Of a stretch of DNA of 64,000 bases, positions 1 through 11,010 are shown in pieces (the first letter of the stretch is position 1; every line of letters starts with the position of its first letter). The notes below the pieces were generated by a model. The model ran no database searches and was not told the DNA's origin. It saw only the letters and a program-made list of their open reading frames with translations. Source of the stretch: Mobula hypostoma. Taxonomy: Eukaryota. Location of the stretch: assembly GCF_963921235.1 (NCBI RefSeq), contig NC_086097.1:71550001-71614000 (forward strand), given 5' to 3'. Made by a program: the position numbers and the translations under genes.

Positions 1-687
1 CATAGTTAGGTCAACCTTCAGGGCAAAAGACAAAGCTTCTTTCTCTGTTTTCGCTCCATACTATAGAACGTATTAGCGTGGAAAACAGTTTGAATCTCTT
101 TTAAAAGAAATAGGAATTGCAATGTTCATAAGAAAAATAAAAAATGTTATACATCATCAGAAACTAATTTGAGTAAGGGGAGAGTTGGGTCATTAGAGAA
201 AATTATTGTAGAAAATTGCATGACGCAGTAACTATTAATGCAGTACGACAAAGTGTAGTCTAATTATTGAAGCAATTACCAGCATTTTATATTAAATATT
301 GAAGTGTGAACTTTGCTGTGCTTCGGCAGCGTTCACGGCAAATATGAACGGTTTTGACATTTCAATGGGAACATTTAGGACAAGCTCTTGTACAGTACGC
401 ATCTCATTGTTTTCTTGAACACTGAATTTGATGAAGCAAAAATGTTTTTTATTAGTTTGAAGATTTTCTTTCCGGCGTATTTGTGATGTAGCGCATACAC
501 TTACACTTGAGTCTACAGCGCTTGACCTTCAAGTGTTTCGCAGATACTCATCAAAACAAAATTATAAATAATGAAACTGCAATTGACTATGTCATATTAT
601 ATGAAAAATCAACTTCCATTCAGTTTCCACGGAATGCCTGAAATACGAAACGTTGACATACAGAGCATATATAGGGAGTAGGTAACA

Positions 688-819
688 GATACAAAATGCT
701 GGGGGAACCCTGCGGGTCAACAAATACAAAATTCCACAATTTCTAACACATACGTTATTCCCCCAGCATCTTGTATGAGTTATTCTGGACTTCCAGCATC
801 TGCAGAAACTCCTGTGTTT
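688..819 (+). mobile_element. Old degenerate Penelope-derived fold-back element
   Basis: Inverted arms ATACAAAATGCTGGGGGA / TCCCCCAGCATCTTGTAT followed by the family tail TTCCAGCATCTGCAGAAACTCCTGTGTTT, similar to 35285-35313 and 37571-37599. Confidence 0.6.
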
Positions 820-3800
820 AGCGCGTGTTCACTCCACCGACTTTCCTACCAAAATCGTTGTGTCTTTCGATAGAAGGTGATCTAAATGAACTCCTCGCGT
901 GAATATTCCTACACTGGGCGTGTGGTATCGCATCAACTTATTTCTTTTGTTTAAAAGGTCGCCTACATCTGCGTTCACACAGCAATCTTGTTTTATGTTC
1001 AGTAGAAGTGCGGATTCCTGGGCGAAATAATACTAGGCTTTGGCAAAACTGACTGATGAACGATTAATTCTTAAATAAACTTTCACAGTTAATGGAGAAT
1101 TCTCACTGAATTTATTCATAAACTCCAAATTCCAATTATAAATTAGTATCTGTAATTTTGTACCTAAACTATGACAGAATCGACAAAACCCACATTCACG
1201 CTGTTTTTAAAAAGTCCGATCCCTATCATGAAAATCATTGTTTTCTACTAAATGTCCTTTAAGAAGAAAAAACCATATAGCAACGATTTTTAGGAAATCT
1301 AACATTCGACATTTAGGGACGGTCGTGGTTGTGAAGTACCGTTAAAGTACATATTTGCGTCACCACACAGCATTTTATCTGCATTGTTAATCTGTCTTTA
1401 AAATCTATTTAGTGAACGTTTAAAACTCTTCGTTAATAATATAAATCGAGTTTTCAGTAGAATTTTTACATAAAAAAAGAACGATGGATTGCTGAGAAAT
1501 GACAGCGTGATTACAATTTAAACGATGAAAATGCGATTGCCTGAACGACATATGATATTCCAGATGTCAAAATATTAAGTGTTAATGAAAATGCAAAAAA
1601 AGGAAAAAAATAAATATGACGATATTAAAAATGTACCGATACGCGTTTAAATTATAGTCCAAATATATTTACATTCTAAAATGACACAGAATCTTTATTG
1701 CTATTAAATAAAAAGCCGAATAATTTTTAAAGATTAATGACCGGGCACAACGCGCAGTAAATAGTTTAAAATCATTTCTATAAAGCAAAACATTTGCTAA
1801 CAAAGATTTGCATGTTCGCATTCTACCAGCTGTCCAAATAACACTTATATTTTTATATATTTAAATAGGTTTGCGGGGAACCCCGGCAACAATTTTGGTT
1901 GAAAAATTGGGCATGTGAATTCTTTTGAAGTAATATTGAACTGTTGTTCAAACGGTGTAATGGTTCCTTAGTGTCGACCCGCCCTTGCCTTGTTAGAATA
2001 GCAAGATACTGTGGGATGGATTCCATTCCCATCCGCGCTAAAGTTTATCAGTGCACGTCTGAAACCCGAATCTACTAGGCAAGTGGAAGTGCGTCTAGTC
2101 CCGGCTTTGGAGTCAAGTCGAACTCCCGAGTTCGAATTTATATCACAATGTTGGAGACCGTGAGAAGCGAAACGGCTTGGTGCCGATAGTGGTGTAAATG
2201 CGTAATGTTGAAAAGACAATCGAATACATGCATTATGTTTTTGAAACACAGACACAAGCTGTGAAGGAAAGCGAGAGAAGAAAAAAAAAGAGATATTGAA
2301 AGAGACCTGTTGTTAGTGTCTCATTGCTTTATCAACAGCGCCCCCACGCTACCATTGACTGCGGTCATAATCTATTTTTGAAAAGGTTAGCAGTTGTCAA
2401 AGATAAAATCAAAACAGCAAAGAAGCTAAACTTACCTGTCCTCTAACGGCGTAATCACTACTTTTTAAAGACATTGCAAATTATATTTGTGATTATTCCT
2501 GCTAAACGTGCAACATGATGCTTGGAGGGGTTTAGATCTTGCAAACTCTCGTGTGATACATAAATAACTCTTTTTTGCTCTTTTGTGAAATTTCCTCGGA
2601 TTTTAAATAAAGAGAAATGCGAACATTTCCATAATGGAAGTATAATATAACCACTGAAAATAAACTCCATATATTGAGCTAACAGCATTAAACACCGCAA
2701 ACAAATTGTCCTGTCACAGTCAATAATGTTGAAGTCCTGGCACTCATGTGAGATCCGGTCTAGGTATAATCACACAGAGTATGAAACAATTAGGAATGTT
2801 TGTATGCAAATAAATGCGTTTTCAAACACATTTCACTTGTAAGATTATATGCAAAATACTTTACTTTCAGTGGGCAGATATACCACTTTGGATGTCTTCA
2901 TTTCGTTAAGGTCACCGCTGCTGTTTTTTCTATGTAGGTTGAAATGTTATTTTCAAGATGATTACTCTCTATCCATCATAATTTGTGGTTACAATAAAAT
3001 ACATACGACCAGTTATAATTACGCAAAATATGTATGTATAAGTGATCAGAAATAAAAAGAATGTTTATATATATAAAAAAATATATATAGTAATTTGAAA
3101 AATGATTCCATGTTGCGGTCTGAATACAAAGAATTAAGTATCACGATTGACTTATCAAAACGTTGCGTTATTTCAATAAATGACATGTATCCAACGTTTT
3201 ATTCTTTGCCGTTAAGCAGCTGTAAAAGAAACATGTAAAACTAAAGCGTATGGCGTACCCTAATGAAATTGCCCAAAGCAGCAAATAATCCATGGCGAAA
3301 TTGTTGAGTAAATAAATATCGTACGTCTATAATATCCGCAGTCCTCAGTGAACCAAATGCTTCAATATCCGTCCCACGAGATAAAAAAATGTAATATGCA
3401 TATTTTAATCGCAACTAACGTACAGCACTTTTTATTGCACTAACACAGCGTTTGAAATTAATTCCAAGTGATAAATTTTACATTATTAATGATGCACATT
3501 CACAGGTTTTCACTTTCCATAGCGGTGCAGTAATTTTAACATGAACAGCCACATGATTACAATAAACTTGTGAATTCATATTTCAAATAAAATTGTAAGA
3601 TACTTTAAAATTCAAGAATTTAAAGAAAATGTAAGTACAACCACGTGTTGACGTGCGGTTTCTCTATGCAACCCGATGATGTACAAGACTGAGTAAATTA
3701 AAAAAATTAAACAGGGATATTAGATTTCAAGAAAATCAAGCTAATTGTGTGTGTGCTTTCTGTTACGTAATTTTAACAGTATGTAGGAAAAATGAAACAC

Positions 3801-6800
3801 GTGCATGTGCCAGTTTTTGGTAATTATTCAGATCCACTTAATTTGTCAACAATTCTATATTTTCGATTTGTTTTTGTTTAGATTAACAACAATTGTTTCA
3901 CCCAGAAACCTGTATGCTGAATGTTCTCTAAAATACTTACATCAACATTTAGTAATAAGATACAATTTGATGATTATCAAGACGTAAATACAAAGACAAT
4001 CTTAAAACGGTATTCGACAATGTATAGGTCGCACATTAATTGTATTTAGTCGCTCCTAATCTTTATATATTAATTGACAAAGTTGCGTATAAAATTGTTT
4101 TAACGATGGCCGTCATCACAACTAAAGTTAGTAGGAACGCGTTTGAAATACTGAACTATTTTAAAATAGTAAAAAAGTATTCTGAAGTGATCGGTTAAGA
4201 GGTGTTATTCAGCAAAATTTGATTTTTAAAACTTACAATTAAGTGTCGGCTTATAAGTAATTGCATCCTATTTGTAAAAAGAAAGATAAAACTTGCAATG
4301 CAATGATTTGCCTTCTTGATCATTGGTTGTTTCCTAAGCGCGTTGCCTCTGACAGAATAAATAACAGGTTGATTCCTTTGATTAATATGTTGATTTCAGA
4401 TATTGCATTGTCCTTCACTGGTTACCTATCTAGTATAGCATGAACGTCCGCTTTTAGTCTGGTTTCCATGTCTTTATCATCCGTTTCAAGGCAATTGCGG
4501 TGAAGCCTGGCCAGTAAGGTTTACAGTACACGAGAACTGCGAACCCCAGGCACCATTCACACATCCTTTAAACCTCCAGCGATCTTCACCTTCACCCTAT
4601 CTAACCCGGGAACACCAATTTTGACCTAAGCATGTCGAACCGAAATTTCCACCTCGACTTAACGAATCAATTTCTAACATATCCCACCAAGTAAGCGGAC
4701 TAACAAGCAAAATTATTTTTGAGTAGTCACATATATATATATATGGTTTATACTTAGAACGTTTTTGTTGATGGGGAAATGCAGTTAACCAACGAAACGT
4801 GTACTATGGAAAACCGTATTTAGAAAGAGAACATAAAGTAGGAAAAATCTCAGTTGTGCAGGTTGCATTTTGAGATCATTCGGATTCAACTTGATAGCAA
4901 CAGACATGCAAAATATTACCAGTCCGGTCTGAGAATTGCCAAAAGACTGGAAATTGACTTAGCAGAACCAAAAAGTTTAAATGAGTTGTAAACTTGCCTT
5001 TTTTTAAAATTAAAGACTTCGTTCAAAATTTGACTGTAAAAATCACAACTTCGCTCTAGATATACTTCCAGTTATAAATACAATGTATCAATAATATAGA
5101 TATTGTCCTCGTTTTTTGGAGTAGCTCAATTCTTTCGATATTCTGCATTTTCAAAGTAGGGGTTCTGGGAAAGAAATGAATACGTTTGAAGCAATGAACT
5201 ATTTCAAAATTATAAAACGCATTCCGAATCGATCAGTTAAGGGACGTTATTGGGGAATATCTGATCCTAAAGGAACTTGTAACTAAGGGCTAGAGCCTCG
5301 TTTTTAAAATGGACTGTAATCTTCCAGACTTCGCTGTTGCCAGACCTAAATGTTTTAGTATAAGGGTAATTGCAGTTCTGGTGTCGTGTATTCATATTGG
5401 TTATCCGCTCAATCACAGCCCAGCATTTTCGAGAACTGAAATACTCTCGCGATCCGTTCCCTCTCCCTATCCGACGACACCCAAAGCGACCAGACAATAG
5501 ATTAGTAACACAATTACGATATCTAAAGCACGAGTTACTTTTGTTTGCTTTATCGGCTTCTGTTAATGACAAACAAAATTTATTCTATATTGCTAAAAAC
5601 TTGAGAATTTCTAGTCGATTTGGAGTAATCATGGAAGTATTTTAGTACTCATTCACATGATATATATTACGCAATGTAATACGGATATGATATTAACTTA
5701 CAAAATTAATCTGTTGAACGGCCTTTTTTCTTCGGTCGTGGTGATAATTTTGATGTTAGAATAACGCCCATGACTAATTAAACCACATTTCCAGTAAAAC
5801 ATTGAAATAAAGATTGTGCGTCACAGGGTTCACACATACAGATATCTAACATTTCAAACTAAACTAGAAACCCATGCCAAATTATTTCAATAAAACAATA
5901 GATAAAGCATGCACTTACCAGATGTAATGTACTGCTTGTCAGTTCTTCGTCCTGCCTCCAAAATGCAGAATATTCCGATGTGCATTTCGTAAAACGGCAG
6001 AGTTACATACTCCGAACAAAAACCTGTAAAGATTTATCCAAATGCTTTCCGAAGTTACACTTGTTACATATCTAATCGGACCATAGATCTGAAATGCACA
6101 AAGACCTTTAATCTGAGCTTTTGTAAACAGCCACTCGATTAAGAAGCCGTACATTTTCTCAACTGGCTGTACATAACGTACAATCAACAATTAGATTAAC
6201 TTTATTTACTGGGCTCGGGCCCCAGGTTTTGAGGAGGGAAAGAGCGATATAGTTTCTCCGACTAGTCAGAGGCAGAGATAACAGTCAACGTCACTGCGTC
6301 TTGCCACTATGTAAATGAACCTTCACGTTTCTTTAGGAGTTGGTAATGGTTCTTATTATAATAGATCCATTCCCCAGCCCCTCGCAAACTATCGTTTTTC
6401 TTTTCATATAAATTTACTTGTATTTAATTCAGGAGACACACTTCCTTCTTTCATATAACCCCGTTTAACATTGGAGCGATAACATCTTGAGCAGTGATTC
6501 GTTTTCCTTCGGGCCTATTGTAAAAGGCGCTGGCCTTATTGTATTACTCGTGGGTATCTTTAATGCGGTACAAGAAGAACAAATAAGGCAGACCTACAGG
6601 CAGATCGGATTTGCAGGGAATGTGTTCGCACAAGTTTTCATCCAGTGTGGTATATTCCGAGATTTCCCCACTTTTCATTATGGTCCTTTAACTATACTGA
6701 TATTGAATAACTATATCAAGACGGAAGGTAGCAGTTCTCAATCATTACACAGATAAATTTAATCTTCGATTAAATTATAGATGTACATATTTGTGTGGTT

Positions 6801-6916
6801 ATCATAAAGGGGGCGATTAAATATTGTATGTCTGAATGTTTACGTAATATACACAACATTCAGCGGGTTTAGCGATCATTTGATATTTTCGGTCAATGTA
6901 GTTTTGAAAATTATTT

Positions 6917-7126
6917 AAAAACGCAAACACGAGGAAATCTGCAGATGCTGGAAATTCAAGCAACACACACAAAATGCTGGTGGAACGCAGCAAGCCAGGC
7001 AGCATCTATAGGAAGAGGTACAGTCGACGTTTAGGTCAGGGGTCTCGGCCCGAAACGCCGACTGTACCTCTTCCTATAGATGCTGCCTGGCCTGCTGCGT
7101 TCCACCAGCATTTTGTGTGTGTGTTG
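6917..7126 (-). mobile_element. Penelope-derived fold-back (palindromic) element with 14 bp TSD
   Basis: Inverted arms 6961-7032 and 7053-7126 match the Penelope-like terminus at 35205-35313. Flanked by TTTGAAAATTATTT at 6903-6916 and 7127-7140. Confidence 0.85.
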
Positions 7127-7849
7127 TTTGAAAATTATTTGCCATTTTTCATTGCAATATGGTCATGGGACCAACTGGCAACAAATATAAATATACTGTC
7201 AACTATGGAGCATTTGTCGATTAAAATATTTAGAATCTGTATTACGTGATATTTTGGCTGTTGATATATTTTTGTAAGTCAGTGGAGTGATTAAAACATA
7301 TATCAATGCTGAAGTGTCGTGATATGACAGGCCTATGTGCTCACTGAAACCAGATTAGACGCTCAAAACAAAAAAAATATACCAAGCAACAATAAGATCT
7401 AAGCGCCTTCCGCGAATTTACATATATAATTAATAGTCAGATTATTTAAAGAATTATTAAGTGAAATTATTTGTTTTAAAAACAACCACCTCGATCATTT
7501 TAAAGGATATCAAGTGGAACTGGATGGAAATTGACTCTGCTGAAGATAAATATTTTCTAATGTATAAAGTATCTATTTATCAGGATATGTAATACTTATT
7601 TTCTTCAATTACAGCGAATTTGAATGTAATAACTGAATTGGAGCCGAACTTAAATACTGTACCAACCATTCAAGCTAAACTTGAACCTGAATAAAAACAT
7701 CATTTAGGCCTAGATCAAATTGGCTTCTATCCTCTGTCGATTTGGTAGGTTCTCGTCCCTCGTAAACTGCGTTCAGAAATGCATTTAAATATTACAGTGG
7801 ATAACTATTGCATTTCGTCATGAAAAGAAAAGGACAAGATGTCAATGTT

Positions 7850-8738
7850 TCTGAATGTAACCTATTTTTTTTATTATTTCGGTGCCTTCTGTATAGTAAA
7901 CATTTTAAGTGACAACACGGGCATATGATCACAATATCACAATCATGAAATTTAGAGACGACATTAACAATCACTCAAGGAATCATGAGGCATTTAAGCA
8001 ACACAGGTTACACGTCCGCAAAATTTTATCTTTGTAGTACAATAGGTTTACACATTTCACTACATTTACATAAAGAAATGAAAAGGGACCTGTTAGTGAC
8101 CACATACATCGAATTCTGCACAACACAAACTAAAGGCATTCATCAATTTTGTCCCCTTCTGATTCTCTGCAGGCAGTGTTGTAAACTGGAAATAAGAATT
8201 ATTTTCAAAGTACTTGTTCTTTTAAACAAGGAGTGCATTTCTAGCCCCGTCTTTGGTCTAAAAGTAAACATGAACCATTTTGTAACCAAATGGGAAAAAA
8301 AGACCGAAAGGTTAGGCATGTTTTAAGTCAGGTCATGTATGATTTTAAAAAAGCAAATCAAACTATAATTATTAATTATTTTAGAAAAAAAAGTTACCGC
8401 TAATATTGAAATCAGCAGCCAGTAACAAAGCCATGATAACTTATAATACTGCGAACATGGAATTTGTTGGAACAGTTGAAAAAGACCTGCCTAATTTAAA
8501 CTTAGTTGGAATGCTGTCATTTTAAATACACATCTACATTAATTTAACTAGTGGCTTCCTATCTAAACCGCCTCAAATTGCACATTGCTGAAATTGAATA
8601 AACAAACGACCCTACGGATTTGACAAAATGCAGACAAAAAATGGGGACTTGAATAAAAATACCTGGGCTTACTTTGAGAATTATTTACAACGCAAATGTG
8701 TGTAAAATGTTAACTTACAGTCTTTTCGAAGGGATTTG
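7850..8738 (-). promoter_or_regulatory. FOXG1: FOXG1 3'UTR with AATAAA poly(A) signal at 7870-7875
   Basis: AATAAA on the minus strand at 7870-7875 and several miRNA seed sites (see findings). Blocks resemble the human FOXG1 3'UTR as recalled, not aligned. The cleavage point is approximate. Confidence 0.75.
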
Positions 8739-9968
8739 TTAGTGTATTAGAGGGTTTGAAGAGGGCCCTTGGTTTTGATGCGTGAAGTAATCAGAAAGTC
8801 CTCCTGAAAGTCCCGTGGAGAAACTTGGCAAAGAAGGTCTTAGAGATTCACAGGGGAGAGTTGAAGGCGCCTGTGGAGACGTCGAGGACGCTGTCCTGGC
8901 CGTCATTGAAGTGCTGCTTTGAGAAGTCATTGAAGGGTGAGGAACGTGGGGGAAAAAGTAACTTGTCTGTCCTGCCAGCAGATTCACCGAGCAGGGGTTT
9001 AACGAGTAAGTACCCGAGCACGGAACAGACAGACCACACGGCACTGAGGCAGCCAAGGCGGCCGCGGCCGTGAGGTGATGAGTGGCATAAGGGATCTCTC
9101 CGTTCACAAGTCTATCTACACTTAACCCATTGGATGTTGGAAATGAGTGATTGTTTGCCAGAGAGTTCTGAGTTAACACCGAGCTGTAGGACATCGGGTG
9201 GCTGGGGTAAGGTGAGGTGGTTCCATTATAGCTTAACGTACTGCTAGCTCGGGGGTGGTGAAGGGACAAGAATGGAGAAACAGGCCAGTATAAGGAACCT
9301 GCCCGATCCATAAATGTCAGTCCAGTCGAGGTGAGGCGCGCTCCTCGCTTGAAAGCCAACTTTGCTCTTGATGTGGTGGATCTCCTGCGAAGTTTGCCGG
9401 TGGTGCCACCTATAAAGACGTCGTCACTAGACGGATCCAGCATCCAGTAGTTTCCCTTCCCGGGATCATCGTAGTGCCGAGGAACTTTGACGAAACATTT
9501 GTTGAGGCTCAAGTTGTGCCTGATCGAGTTCTGCCAGCCTTGCTTGTTCTCCCTGTAGTAGGGGAAATTCTTCATGATGAACTCATAGATGCCATTCAGC
9601 GTCAGTCGCTTCTCCGGGCTTTGCCGGATTGCCATCATGATCAAGGCGTTATAACTGAAAGGGGGCTTCTCGTATTTGCCATTTTTCTTCTCTCCTTCCT
9701 TCGCACCGTCGCCTTCTTTGGCCTCGGCCTTTTTCTCCTCCGGCTTGTCCTTGTCTTCGGCGCAGGGCGGCTCGGCCGAGGTGCCGTCACTTTTGCTGAG
9801 CAGGTTTTCAGACTTGGACTCCACGGCTGGCAGGATGTTTTTGTCCTCGTCTTCGGGGGCAGCTCGGTGACGGGTGTCACTCTGAACCGCTTCGGGCACC
9901 AGGCTGTTTATGCTGAACGATGATTTGGGAATCATTTTCACTTCTTTCTTATCTCCCATGTCCAACAT
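8739..9968 (-). CDS. FOXG1: Forkhead box protein G1 (BF-1), single coding exon, 409 aa
   Basis: ORF starts [27 protein letters not shown] (eh1-like FSINSL). It contains the forkhead domain [79 protein letters not shown], then RRRSTTSR, and ends [17 protein letters not shown]; all are FOXG1 hallmarks. First ATG is at 9968; the ORF-track start at 9995 is a non-ATG extension. TAA at 8739-8741. Confidence 0.98.
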   Translation of the reverse strand: MLDMGDKKEVKMIPKSSFSINSLVPEAVQSDTRHRAAPEDEDKNILPAVESKSENLLSKSDGTSAEPPCAEDKDKPEEKKAEAKEGDGAKEGEKKNGKYEKPPFSYNALIMMAIRQSPEKRLTLNGIYEFIMKNFPYYRENKQGWQNSIRHNLSLNKCFVKVPRHYDDPGKGNYWMLDPSSDDVFIGGTTGKLRRRSTTSRAKLAFKRGARLTSTGLTFMDRAGSLYWPVSPFLSLHHPRASSTLSYNGTTSPYPSHPMSYSSVLTQNSLANNHSFPTSNGLSVDRLVNGEIPYATHHLTAAAALAASVPCGLSVPCSGTYSLNPCSVNLLAGQTSYFFPHVPHPSMTSQSSTSMTARTASSTSPQAPSTLPCESLRPSLPSFSTGLSGGLSDYFTHQNQGPSSNPLIH

Positions 9969-11010
9969 CACACACAGGTAAAATTGCAGCAGCACAGTTG
10001 GACCGCAATCGCCAGCGCTGGCAACTCATGTAGCAATAAAAAAAAGAGCCACTACTTCATGTTCTTAAAAAACACGTCGAGCGGAGCCAGCTTGCTGCAA
10101 TTCATCGCGGCCCCTGGGCGCTCCGCTCCAAAGCTTCGCCGCAATCTTTTCACTCGCTGCCCAATCACAGCCCGCGCCGCGCCTGTGCGTCGCCACGGCC
10201 CGCAGCCAATCAGCGTGGCGTCCCGCGGAGGGATACGGCGAAAGGGCGGGAGAAGCGAGGAGGAAGAGGAGGGCGCCTCACCTCGCGTCTTGGCCCATGC
10301 TCTCCATCTTCACTTCCACTCCCTTCCTACAAATGCACCGCGTTCACCATGCGCCCGGATAATAGCCTTCGGTACGTCAATGTTTTATGTTTTTGCTGGA
10401 AGTTTGTTTATACTTTCAGGGAAGGGGAATTAAAATAGAGGTGGTCTTGGGAGAGGCGCGGTACTACTTTATAACTCTGAGGGCGTGATCCCAGAACCCA
10501 AAACAAAAATGCCTGAAGCTGCTCCGGGCGGATCGATGCCGCCGTCTCATTTTGTCAACATCGGTCAATATGCTTCAGTGTGCTTCAGCTGATGACGGGA
10601 CGGCTATTGATGTCTTTGAGCCTGCAGTGACCCCCCACCCTTCCAACCCCCTCCATGGTCCTCGGATAGTGTCGGCGGAGAGGCCACCCGTCCCGGGCCA
10701 TCGACACAGGCCCCCCCGAGACATCATTCTGGCCCAGGACCCGACAAAGTTGGGGCAGGAAATCGAAACAGATCTCAGGCCCCAATGGATCCGAGGGTGG
10801 CGGGACGGAAGTTGGGGCAAGTACCGGGAAGCGGTCTAGGTTTGGGGCGAGGCCGGACCTGGACCGATCCCCAAGTACTGGTCTGCAAGGGACCCACCCC
10901 GATACCCGTTGGGGCTGACATGCTCCTCGTCTGCTCCGATTTTCATCCCGAGTTTCATCTTGGAGACATGGTGGCGGATGGTGCGCCCCGACGGACGGCG
11001 CTGGTTTGCT
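9690..11010. promoter_or_regulatory. CpG-island-like region over the FOXG1 5' end
   Basis: Visibly GC-rich with dense CpG, in contrast to AT-rich flanks; boundaries approximate. Confidence 0.7.
10150..10260 (-). promoter_or_regulatory. Putative FOXG1 proximal promoter: two CCAAT boxes and a GC box
   Basis: CCAATCA at 10161 and 10206 (45 bp apart) and GGGCGG at 10244-10249, within GC/CpG-rich DNA about 200 bp upstream of the ATG. Confidence 0.65.

Noticed and set aside
9969..9995. N-terminal extension MLLQFYLCV in the ORF track
   Set aside because: It starts at a non-ATG codon; the canonical FOXG1 start MLDMG is at 9968.
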